Of a stretch of 32,000 nt of DNA, positions 19,287 through 32,000 are shown piece by piece. Origin of the DNA: Deinococcus radiodurans R1 = ATCC 13939 = DSM 20539 (lineage in GTDB: Bacteria; Deinococcota; Deinococci; Deinococcales; Deinococcaceae); NCBI RefSeq assembly GCF_000008565.1, contig NC_001263.1:1973533-2005532 (forward strand), read 5' to 3'. Made by a program: the position numbers and the translations under genes. The notes beneath the pieces are model-generated. The model had not been told where the DNA came from. It saw only the letters and a program-made list of their open reading frames with translations, and made no database searches. Within the stretch, counting starts at the first letter, position 1. Each line of letters opens with the position of its first letter.

Positions 19287-20494
19287 CCCGCGCCACCGCC
19301 GACCGCTGCTCGTTTTGCGGACGCCAGCACCCGCAGATCGCCCAGCTCATCGAAGCGCCGGGCCGCGCCGCCTTTATCTGCAACGAGTGCGCCGAGCGCG
19401 CCTTTGACCTCGTCAAGCAGCAGCGCAAGGAAGCGGGCAGCGAGTTCAGCCTCGACGAACTGCCGAGCGCCAAGGAAATCAAGGCGTACCTCGACGAGTT
19501 CGTGATTGGACAGGACGAAGCGAAGAAAGCGCTCGCCGTCGCCGTGGTCAGCCACTACCACCGCCTCTCGAACCCTGACGCCGGACTGCAAAAGAGCAAC
19601 ATCCTCTTGATCGGGCCGACCGGCACCGGCAAGACGCTGCTCGCCCAGAGCCTCGCGGAAATGCTCGAAGTGCCCTTCGCCATCGCCGACGCCACCACGC
19701 TGACCGAAGCCGGGTATGTGGGCGACGACGTGGAGAACGTGATTGTCCGCCTGCTGCAAGCCGCCGAGTACGACGTGGCCGCCGCCGAGCGCGGAATCAT
19801 CTACGTGGACGAAATCGACAAGATCGCCCGCAAGTCCGAAGGCACCTCGATCACCCGCGACGTGAGCGGCGAAGGCGTGCAGCAAGCGCTCCTCAAGATC
19901 ATCGAAGGGACCGTGGCGCAAGTTCCCCCGCAGGGGGGTCGCAAGCACCCACAGCAGGAACTCGTGCAGGTGGACACCCGCAACATCCTGTTCATCGTGG
20001 GCGGCGCCTTCGAGAGCATGAGCGAAATCGCCCGCGCCCGCACCAACGTCCGCGCCGTGGGCTTCGGCGCCGAGCACAAGGGCGAGGAAAAGGAAGAAGT
20101 GCGCTTCCTTCCCGAAGACCTCGTGAAGTTCGGGTTGATTCCCGAGTTCGTGGGCCGTCTGCCGCTCGTGGTGCAGCTCCAAGACCTCGACGAGGACGCC
20201 CTGATCCGCATCCTGACCGAACCGCAGGGCGCCATCATCAAGCAGTACCAAGCGCTGTTCGGCTTTCAGGGTGTGGACCTGACCTTCAGCGAAGAAGCGC
20301 TGCAAGAAGTCGCCCACCGCGCCAAGGAGCGCAAGACCGGGGCGCGTGGCCTGCGCGCCGTCCTCGAAAAATCGATGACCGATCTGCTGTTCGAACTACC
20401 CCGCGACGACGTGAAGGAAATTCGTTTCGAGGCGGAGTATATTGACGACCCACTGAAGGCACTTGAGTCTAAGGGACTCAAAAAGTCTGCATAA
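19283..20494 (+). CDS. clpX: ATP-dependent Clp protease ATP-binding subunit ClpX
   Basis: N-terminal zinc finger CSFCG...ICNEC, Walker [18 protein letters not shown] and GARGLR. The ATG overlaps the clpP stop (ATGA). Confidence 0.97.
20462..20482. promoter_or_regulatory. HAIR-like (HspR-associated inverted repeat) site CTTGAGT-N7-ACTCAAA
   Basis: 13 of 14 match to the actinobacterial/Deinococcus HspR operator consensus CTTGAGT-N7-ACTCAAG, with exact spacing. It lies in the last 11 codons of clpX, 159 nt upstream of the lon ATG. Confidence 0.5.
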
Positions 20495-20513
20495 AGCGAT
20501 TTAGCTTACAGCC

Positions 20514-20563
20514 AAAACCCCGCCTGTGACCCTAGACTTCAGGGTACCCGCAGGTGGGGTTTT
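20514..20563 (+). terminator. clpX terminator
   Basis: 13-bp stem AAAACCCCGCCTG/CAGGTGGGGTTTT (one G-T pair) with an inner ACCCT...AGGGT pairing. It ends in TTTT, 20 nt after the clpX stop. Confidence 0.75.
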
Positions 20564-20640
20564 GACCCTCCCCTGGCGGCGCATCCCCTTTAATCTTTCC
20601 GCCCCTGCGGCGGTTTTCAAAGAGCAGGCAAGGAGCAAGC

Positions 20641-23082
<2,442 letters not shown>

Positions 23083-23106
23083 GCCCCCAGAAAACAGTTC
23101 TCGAAT

Positions 23107-23136
23107 GGTCAGTGGCGCAAGCTGCTGGCCTTTTTT
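23107..23136 (+). terminator. lon terminator
   Basis: About 10-bp stem GGTCAGTGGC/GCTGCTGGCC (with G-T pairs) closed by a GCAA tetraloop and followed by TTTTTT. It overlaps the stop of the convergent GNAT gene. Confidence 0.8.
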
Positions 23137-24019
23137 ATGTCCCGGTCAGCGTCAACCAACGCGGGCCGGGTACCCATAGCAGGACGCCTCCCAGATGCAC
23201 AGCGTTCGAGTCGGCACTGTCAAGTTCGGCGCTGAGCGACTGCACGCCGCCGCGCCCGGCTGCCTGGACCGCCAGGGCCGTCAGCGCCAGCGTGAGGGGC
23301 GCGCCCGCCGCTGCCCAGCGCTGTGGGACACCGAACCAGGCCAGTTCGCCCGTCTCCGGCTCGGCGGTGCGGCGCACACTGGACACGCCCGCCAGCTCGC
23401 CGCCGCGCTCGGCCACGTACAGCCACGCCGGGCATAGGTCGTCGCCCAGAAAGTCGTCCTCGTCCATGACTTCGGGGCAGGCCGGGTCGTGCAGGTGCGC
23501 GTGGGCATACACCTCGCGGTGCAGCGGCAGCAGTTGTGTTCGGAGCTCGTCTGACAGCTCCGTCATGGGCCGCAGGACGAAGCCCAGTTGCTCTGCCGCC
23601 CGCACCCAGGGCGTCACGTCTTCCAAATCGGCGGGCCACAGCATCGGCTCAAGGGTTTCCACGCTGACACGCAGGCCCCGCCGCTGCAAAAAGCGGACGG
23701 CGGCGGACTGCGTGGCGTAGGTTTTGGCCTTCAGCGGTTGCTCGACGTCTTTGGTCACGGCATTCCAGAGTTCGCCACCGATTCCCTGTCCGCGCCACTG
23801 TGGGTGAACATGGACGCCTGCGTAAGCGTAGGTCGGATGCAGGCGGCTGTGCCAGAGCTGCCCGTAGCCCACCAGCTTTCCGGCGCAGACCGCCACCACG
23901 CCGGGGCGCCGGCCTCCGCCGTGGTAAGCGGCTCCGTTTTCCTGCCCGGCCCAGACAACAGCCAGCAGCTCAGCCAGTGCGTGACCGTCGCCGGGAGAGG
24001 TGGGCCGCAAGGTCAGCAC
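23135..24019 (-). CDS. GNAT-family N-acetyltransferase, two-lobed
   Basis: 294 aa. VHVHPQWRGQGIGGEL is the acetyl-CoA Q/RxxGxG/A motif. GTG start 4 nt after the mutS2 stop. Confidence 0.75.
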   Translation of the reverse strand: MLTLRPTSPGDGHALAELLAVVWAGQENGAAYHGGGRRPGVVAVCAGKLVGYGQLWHSRLHPTYAYAGVHVHPQWRGQGIGGELWNAVTKDVEQPLKAKTYATQSAAVRFLQRRGLRVSVETLEPMLWPADLEDVTPWVRAAEQLGFVLRPMTELSDELRTQLLPLHREVYAHAHLHDPACPEVMDEDDFLGDDLCPAWLYVAERGGELAGVSSVRRTAEPETGELAWFGVPQRWAAAGAPLTLALTALAVQAAGRGGVQSLSAELDSADSNAVHLGGVLLWVPGPRWLTLTGT

Positions 24020-24023
24020 GGGC

Positions 24024-26324
<2,301 letters not shown>

Positions 26325-26483
26325 ACGGGAGGGGCGGGCGGAAAATCGTGGGCGCGGTGAGTAAGCACGGTGGCTTAGTGCGTTGGCGAAAACTTGTTTC
26401 TTGGCCTCGGTATTTAGAGCTTTGAGGTCACTTCACAGGGGCGGCTCAGCGGGCGATCACATTCGGAGTACACACTGCCCGCC

Positions 26484-27320
26484 ATGACCAAACGACACAA
26501 CGTCATTTCTCTCCTTTTGGCCCTTTCCCTCACGGCAGCTCAGGCTGGCGGAACGGCCCAACCCCCGGTCGCCCAGTCCCATTCGGCGGGTCAGACCGTG
26601 AAGCTGCCCACCCTGAGCGTGAATGCCAGTTCGATTGGCCGCACCGCTGCGGTCAGCACCGTGGCCGCCGAAAAACGGCAAGACGGCCCCACCATACCGC
26701 TGCCGGCCCACGTCCGGGCGGTGCTCAACGCGCCGGGCGAGCACTGGAAAGCGGATGGCACCGACGTGCCGCCCACCGCTTACGTCAGCGTTTACCCGGT
26801 TGCCAGCCTGCGGGCGCGGTTCCCGAACCAGCCGAACACGTTTGGAGAACTTCTGAACACGCTGCTCAGCACCCTCACGGGCATCCGCAGCGGCGCTGTG
26901 AACCCGAGTGCCCTGAAGCTTCCGCTGCCTTATTTTCCCGCTGTCAACGCGACTCAAGTTGTGGCCGGGGCCGTCATGAAGGTGCAGACACCCGAGGTGG
27001 TGGGCGTGCGGTACCTGACCTACCACGCGCAGGCCGTGGGTCAGATTCCCGGTGACGCTCTGGAATACACCTTTCAGGGCCTGACCCGCGACGGCAAGAA
27101 CGTGGTCAGTGTTCACCTGCCCTACACGCTGGCCGGCGTGCCCACCCAGGCGCAACTGGACAAAAGCGGCAACTTCAATTTCCCCGGCGAACGACCGGGA
27201 ATGAGCGCGGCTGAGCGTCAGAAGGTCTACGATACCTACAACTCTGAGCTGACTCGCAAACTCAACGCCGCAAGCCTGAGCACTCAGGACGCGGTGGTCC
27301 GCAGCATCCGCGTGCGCTGA
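26484..27320 (+). CDS. secreted hypothetical protein
   Basis: 278 aa with signal peptide MTKRHNVISLLLALSLTAAQAGG and ordinary composition. The overlapping minus-strand ORF is R/G/H-rich. No domain recognised. Confidence 0.6.
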   Translation: MTKRHNVISLLLALSLTAAQAGGTAQPPVAQSHSAGQTVKLPTLSVNASSIGRTAAVSTVAAEKRQDGPTIPLPAHVRAVLNAPGEHWKADGTDVPPTAYVSVYPVASLRARFPNQPNTFGELLNTLLSTLTGIRSGAVNPSALKLPLPYFPAVNATQVVAGAVMKVQTPEVVGVRYLTYHAQAVGQIPGDALEYTFQGLTRDGKNVVSVHLPYTLAGVPTQAQLDKSGNFNFPGERPGMSAAERQKVYDTYNSELTRKLNAASLSTQDAVVRSIRVR

Positions 27321-27348
27321 GGAGCGACTCTAGAAGAAGGGGGCAGGC

Positions 27349-28287
27349 TCAAGCAGAGTCTTGCCCCTCTTTCATGGCGGCGGTTTCGGTTTCCCAGTCC
27401 ACCCAGAACCCCCGCGCCGCGTATCCCGCCGATGTGTAGAGCGCCACCGCCGCCACGTTCTTTTCATAGCTGCCGATAGTAACTTTCTGCGCCCCCAGTG
27501 CGGCAAAACGGTGCGTGACTTCTCGAATCAGACCTTTGCCCAAGCCCTGTCGCCGGAAGGCAGCACGAGTACCGACGGGTTCCATCAGGCCAGTGCGCGA
27601 ACCGGGGTCAAACCAGCCGAGTGCGTAGGCGGCGATTTCGCCGGAGGGTGCGACAACCATCACGTCCAGGTCAGGGCGGTACAGCGGCGCCGCTTGCAGT
27701 CGCCCGTATGCCTCCAGAGTGACTTTGGAGGGGTGCCACACGTCCTGATGCACCTTCACGCGGTCCTCGGGGCTGACTTCGCTCCCGCTCATATCGGCAA
27801 AATGGAAACCGGCGGGCAGGGCGACAGCTTCCTGGTCGCACGGCTGCACTTCGCGCACCAGCCGAACCATGCGGTTGTCCGTGAGCTCAAACCCGGCCCG
27901 TTTCAGCGCGGCCAGTTGCGGAGTGTCCCATTCGTGGGGCTGCACGGTCAGCTTACCGCCAGCTCGGGTTGCCGCAGCTGCCACCATCTCGTCCCAGACG
28001 TGGGCAGGAAGGTCAGGCAGACCTTGCAGGACGGACCAGGAGCCGTCGCAGTAGCCGAAGCCCTGCAACTCGTTCCCTCCAGCTTCACCGTCAAAAAGCA
28101 GCTCCAGCGCCTGCCGGGGGTCCACCTGCGTGTTCTGATACAGCCACCACACCAGGTCGCCGGGGTGCATAAAAGTCGTCGGCGCATGGTCGGACAGCCA
28201 GCGCAGCAGCAGGGTCAGGTCGGCTTCATCGCGGTAGGGGCGGTGCGGCATAGCAAGGAGCATAGACAACGGGGCTCCGGCGAACAT
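27349..28287 (-). CDS. GNAT-family N-acetyltransferase
   Basis: C-terminal GNAT core MEPVGTRAAFRRQGLGKGLI...NVAAVALYTSAGY. ORF maximum given. ATG 28251 (MPHRPYRDEADL...) is the likelier start (TATGCT ends 7 nt upstream). Confidence 0.8.
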   Translation of the reverse strand: MFAGAPLSMLLAMPHRPYRDEADLTLLLRWLSDHAPTTFMHPGDLVWWLYQNTQVDPRQALELLFDGEAGGNELQGFGYCDGSWSVLQGLPDLPAHVWDEMVAAAATRAGGKLTVQPHEWDTPQLAALKRAGFELTDNRMVRLVREVQPCDQEAVALPAGFHFADMSGSEVSPEDRVKVHQDVWHPSKVTLEAYGRLQAAPLYRPDLDVMVVAPSGEIAAYALGWFDPGSRTGLMEPVGTRAAFRRQGLGKGLIREVTHRFAALGAQKVTIGSYEKNVAAVALYTSAGYAARGFWVDWETETAAMKEGQDSA

Positions 28288-28337
28288 CGGCCAGTTGGCT
28301 GAGCGTCCCCACCGCCGCCTTGCTCCACAATGGCCCC

Positions 28338-28805
28338 ATGAAACTTGCCGAAGCCCTCATTGAACGCGCCGACCTGCAAAAGCGGGCCGCGCAACTCGAA
28401 GAACGCCTTGTGCAGAACATGCAGGTGCAGGAAGGTGAGGTGCCCGCTGAGGACCCGCGCGAGCTGCTCAACGAACTGCTGACCGTCTCATCGGCGCTCG
28501 AAGTCCTGCTGCCCCGCATCCACCGCGCCAATCTGTCGGCCACGCTGCCTAGCGGTCAGACCTTGACCGACGCCCTGACCCGCCGTGACTTGCTCGACGC
28601 CCGCCTGAAGGCCCTGCGCCGCGCCGCGACCGCCGCTGCCGAACGGCAAACGCGCTACAGCAACAGCGAACTGCGGATGGTCGCCGTTATTCCCCCGAGC
28701 GAGCTGCAAAAGCTGGCCGACGTGATGGCGAAAGAGCGGCGCGAACTCGAAGTGCAGATTCAGCAGGCCAACTGGCAGACCGACTTGCCCGGCTCAGGGG
28801 CTTGA
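28338..28805 (+). CDS. DIP1984 / septicolysin-like family protein
   Basis: MKLAEALIERADLQKR...QEGE.PAEDP...ANWQTDL matches my memory of this small conserved family. Start at ATG 28338 (CACAAT ends 6 nt upstream) rather than TTG 28320. Confidence 0.65.
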   Translation: MKLAEALIERADLQKRAAQLEERLVQNMQVQEGEVPAEDPRELLNELLTVSSALEVLLPRIHRANLSATLPSGQTLTDALTRRDLLDARLKALRRAATAAAERQTRYSNSELRMVAVIPPSELQKLADVMAKERRELEVQIQQANWQTDLPGSGA

Positions 28806-29010
28806 CACTCCGCCGCCTCTCCCCCACCCTGAACCCTGGACACCGGGCTGCGGCACAGGCGAAGGCCTACCGCGCGGCGGGGAAGCAGCCGCACCCATGA
28901 GGCTCCGGGACGGGGCCACCCCTGAACAGCGCACGTCCAGCACGCTTCACCCTTGACCGCGCACCGATCACCTTCACCACCGTGACCTTGATGTGCCCGC
29001 CCGGTGTCCG

Positions 29011-29042
29011 CCGCCACGCCCCTTTCGGTGTGGCGGTTTTTT
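29011..29042 (+). terminator. strong orphan intrinsic terminator, 200 nt past the nearest upstream stop codon
   Basis: 10-bp stem CCGCCACGCC/GGTGTGGCGG (one G-T pair), loop CCTTTC, then TTTTTT. Confidence 0.75.
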
Positions 29043-29064
29043 GCTTCCCCAACTCCCGCTTATT

Positions 29065-29089
29065 CCCCTTCCCATGTAGGGAGAGGGCC
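29065..29089 (+). repeat. degenerate copy of repeat hairpin 1
   Basis: CCCCTTCCCATGTAGGGAGAGGGCC shares the 11-mer GGGAGAGGGCC and the C-rich left arm with copy 2. Confidence 0.3.
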
Positions 29090-29100
29090 GGCACGGGACA

Positions 29101-30066
29101 ATGCGGGGTATGGCTGAGCAAGCAGAACATCCCTCCCGCATCCTCGTGACCGGCGCGAGCGGCTTCGTGGGCCGCGCCACCCTAGCCGAACTCACCCGGC
29201 GCGGCTACGAGGTCGTCGCAGGCTCACGGCAGGGCAAGGGCGTGGGCCGGGGCATCGGCATCAAGCTGGACGTGACGAGTGAAAAAAGCGTGCGGCAGGC
29301 GCTTCAGGACGTGCAGCCCGCCGCCGTCATTCATCTGGTGGGCATCATCGCCGAGAAAGGCAAGCAGACCTTCGAGCGTGTGCATATCGAGGGCACCCGG
29401 CATGTGCTGGACGCCCTCCGCGACTATGACGCTGCCCGGCAACAGGCCCACAAGGGCGACGAGATGGAGCGCCCCCACCCCACCCGCTACCTGCACATGA
29501 GCGCGCTCGGCGCCGATGTCCTGAGCCCCAGCGCCTACTCGTGGAGCAAGGGCGAGGCCGAGGGGCTGGTGCGCCTCAGCGGGCTGCCCTGGACCATCTT
29601 CCGCCCCAGCCTGATTTTCGGCGTGGGCGACGACTTTTTCGGGCGGGTGCTGAAAAATCTGGTGTCGGCGGCCCCGGTGGTTCCCCAAATCGGAGACGGG
29701 CAATTCCCTTTCCGCCCCATCAGCGTGGAGGACGTGGCGCTGGCCTTTGCGGAGGCGCTGGTCAAGCCGGAAACGGTTGGACAGATTTATGCGCTCACCG
29801 GCCCGCAGGAGTTCACCTTCAAGGAGTTGCTGGCGCTGGAGCAGCAGGCGCTCGGTCAGCAAAAAAAGGTGGTGCCGGTGCCCCAGAAGCTGATGGACCT
29901 CGCCGTCCCGGTCATCAGCCGCCTGCCCGCCGCGCCCATCACCCGCGACCAGTACGCGATGCTCAAGGCCGGCAACACCGCACCGAACGACGCCGCCCGC
30001 GCCGCCTTCAACCTGCCGCTGCACCGCTTGCAGGACCGGCTGCCGTACATCGTGGACCGGAAATAA
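29101..30066 (+). CDS. NAD(P)-binding atypical SDR (NDUFA9 / NmrA-like epimerase-dehydratase fold)
   Basis: [30 protein letters not shown] Rossmann motif and RPSLIFG. The in-frame ATG at 29110 is the probable start (GACAAT ends 7 nt upstream). Confidence 0.85.
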   Translation: MRGMAEQAEHPSRILVTGASGFVGRATLAELTRRGYEVVAGSRQGKGVGRGIGIKLDVTSEKSVRQALQDVQPAAVIHLVGIIAEKGKQTFERVHIEGTRHVLDALRDYDAARQQAHKGDEMERPHPTRYLHMSALGADVLSPSAYSWSKGEAEGLVRLSGLPWTIFRPSLIFGVGDDFFGRVLKNLVSAAPVVPQIGDGQFPFRPISVEDVALAFAEALVKPETVGQIYALTGPQEFTFKELLALEQQALGQQKKVVPVPQKLMDLAVPVISRLPAAPITRDQYAMLKAGNTAPNDAARAAFNLPLHRLQDRLPYIVDRK

Positions 30067-30077
30067 CCCCGCAGCAA

Positions 30078-30117
30078 ACACCGCCCGGAACATTCGCGTC
30101 CGGGCGGTGTTTCTTTC
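30078..30117. terminator. bidirectional terminator between the convergent SDR and HD-domain genes
   Basis: Perfect 12-bp stem ACACCGCCCGGA/TCCGGGCGGTGT, flanked by AAA on the left and TTCTTTC on the right. Confidence 0.85.
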
Positions 30118-30119
30118 GG

Positions 30120-30674
30120 CTATTCCAGCTCGTCGTAATGGTGCAGCAGCGCCGCTTCCGGGTCCCCCACCGAGGCGTGGTGCCGGGCCACGAGTTGCGC
30201 GACGCGAGGCCGGGCACCCGCGTAGGCGAGCAACTCGGCCCCCAGTTCAGGGTGTGCCGCCCGGATGCCCAGCGCCCCGGCAGGCGGCAGCAGAATGCTC
30301 AGGCGGTGGGGAATCAGGCCGACCAGCACGCGTTCGGCGACATGGTAGGGGCGCACGCTTTTGCCGCAGTCGTGCAGCAGCGAGGCGGCGATCAGCTCGG
30401 GGCTGGCGAGGGGATGATCGCCCAGCAGGTGCCGGGTCACGCGGCAAGCGTGTTCACGGTCACGCGGGTCCATGCTGCGGTACACCAGCCGCTCGCCGGG
30501 GTTGAGAAACTGCTCGGCCCAGCGGTCGTCGGGGTGGGCGGCGTCGGCCCGCAAGCTGCGCGACAGCCGCCGGACCTTGCCCACGTACCCCCCCAGCTTG
30601 CGCCGCAGCCGGTCAGGAAGAGAAAGCCGCAACATGACCGTCATCGTACCGCCTGCCGCCGAGCGCGCCCGCAA
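30120..30674 (-). CDS. HD-domain phosphohydrolase family protein
   Basis: H...LLHDCGK...RHH motifs. The start is uncertain: TTG 30674 is the ORF maximum, with in-frame ATGs at 30644 and 30635. Confidence 0.7.
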   Translation of the reverse strand: MRARSAAGGTMTVMLRLSLPDRLRRKLGGYVGKVRRLSRSLRADAAHPDDRWAEQFLNPGERLVYRSMDPRDREHACRVTRHLLGDHPLASPELIAASLLHDCGKSVRPYHVAERVLVGLIPHRLSILLPPAGALGIRAAHPELGAELLAYAGARPRVAQLVARHHASVGDPEAALLHHYDELE

Positions 30675-30714
30675 GGCTCACCGGAAGCTCAAGATGGTAG
30701 ACAGATCAAGCAGA

Positions 30715-30750
30715 CAAAGAAACCGGAGCGCCACGGTCACGCAGCGCTCC
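30715..30750 (-). terminator. trxB terminator
   Basis: On the minus strand GGAGCGC-12 nt-GCGCTCC is followed by GGTTTCTTTG, 27 nt after the trxB stop. Confidence 0.65.
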
Positions 30751-30776
30751 ATTCGAGTCAAACAACTCAAGACAGT

Positions 30777-31754
<978 letters not shown>

Positions 31755-31837
31755 GCGTCTCAGGGTAGCACCGGGAGGGAGACACAAAAGCGATTTCCAG
31801 TTTATTTTTTAAAGCAAGAAGTGCGACGAAAGACAAT

Positions 31838-31866
31838 AAAAAAGAGAGAAGCTGCGTGAGCTTCTC
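31838..31866 (-). terminator. tRNA-Gln terminator
   Basis: On the minus strand GAGAAGC-7 nt loop-GCTTCTC is followed by TTTTTTATT, starting about 9 nt after the CCA end. Confidence 0.7.
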
Positions 31867-31874
31867 CCTCCTTC

Positions 31875-31948
<74 letters not shown>

Positions 31949-32000
31949 ACGACCTTCTCTGGCTTAGCCTCTTGCAAGGCGGGGGGAAGTATAACGGGAG

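Noticed and set aside
20562-20616. Possible lon leader signals: TTGACC (20562-67), TTTAAT (20589-94) and a short CCGC...GCGG hairpin followed by TTTT (20599-20616)
   Set aside because: The hexamer spacing is 21 bp, too long for a sigma-70 promoter. The hairpin has only 4-5 bp. This is not enough to call a promoter or an attenuator.
28881-28890. GGAAGCAGCC, identical to part of the conserved SRP (4.5S) RNA domain IV
   Set aside because: The rest of the SRP signature (GUCAGGUCCGGAAGG 5' partner and tetraloop helix) is absent. I could not fold a domain-IV-like hairpin around it.
30752-30771. Second HAIR-like sequence TTCGAGT-CAAACA-ACTCAAG just after the trxB stop
   Set aside because: The spacer is 6 rather than 7 nt and the left arm has two mismatches. 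It sits between a stop codon and that gene's terminator, not in a promoter. It is more simply a small hairpin extending the terminator.

Overview
Very GC-rich bacterial chromosomal window with dense coding on both strands and no CRISPR array, transposase, integrase or prophage gene. The content and order point to a Deinococcus chromosome, probably D. radiodurans or a close relative; this is inference from memory, not a search. Supporting features are a Thermus-PilF-like triple-domain pilus ATPase next to pilT, clpP-clpX-lon, mutS2, trxB, a Gfh/GreA-type factor, small non-coding hairpin repeats and many leaderless-type promoters. I call 31 protein-coding loci (one frameshifted, one partial at the left edge), one tRNA-Gln(CUG), twelve hairpin terminators, several operator or promoter candidates and a small intergenic repeat family. 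The long ORFs antisense to or out of frame with recognisable genes (up to 806 aa) are treated as stop-codon-depletion artefacts. The main hunt result is the accessory cluster at 3471-6239. It starts with an unannotatable 220-aa protein whose core carries an H-Y-E (PARP/diphtheria-toxin-like) ADP-ribosyltransferase signature with PARP-like spacing. A translationally coupled trio follows: a YbjN-like protein, an ADP-ribosylglycohydrolase with its metal-site motifs intact, and a Pol-beta-type nucleotidyltransferase. I read this as a candidate, undescribed ADP-ribosylation writer/eraser module. Other points worth a second look:
- a perfect Fur-family-type 7-1-7 box in front of an orphan ABC binding protein
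- an HspR/HAIR-type inverted repeat inside the 3' end of clpX, upstream of lon
- MshEN-type (c-di-GMP-binding-like) motif pairs triplicated in PilB
- an RGG-rich tail on PilT
- compensatory changes in the repeat family
- two intergenic islands that own a terminator but no gene
- a pervasive leaderless start architecture that also refines several start codons
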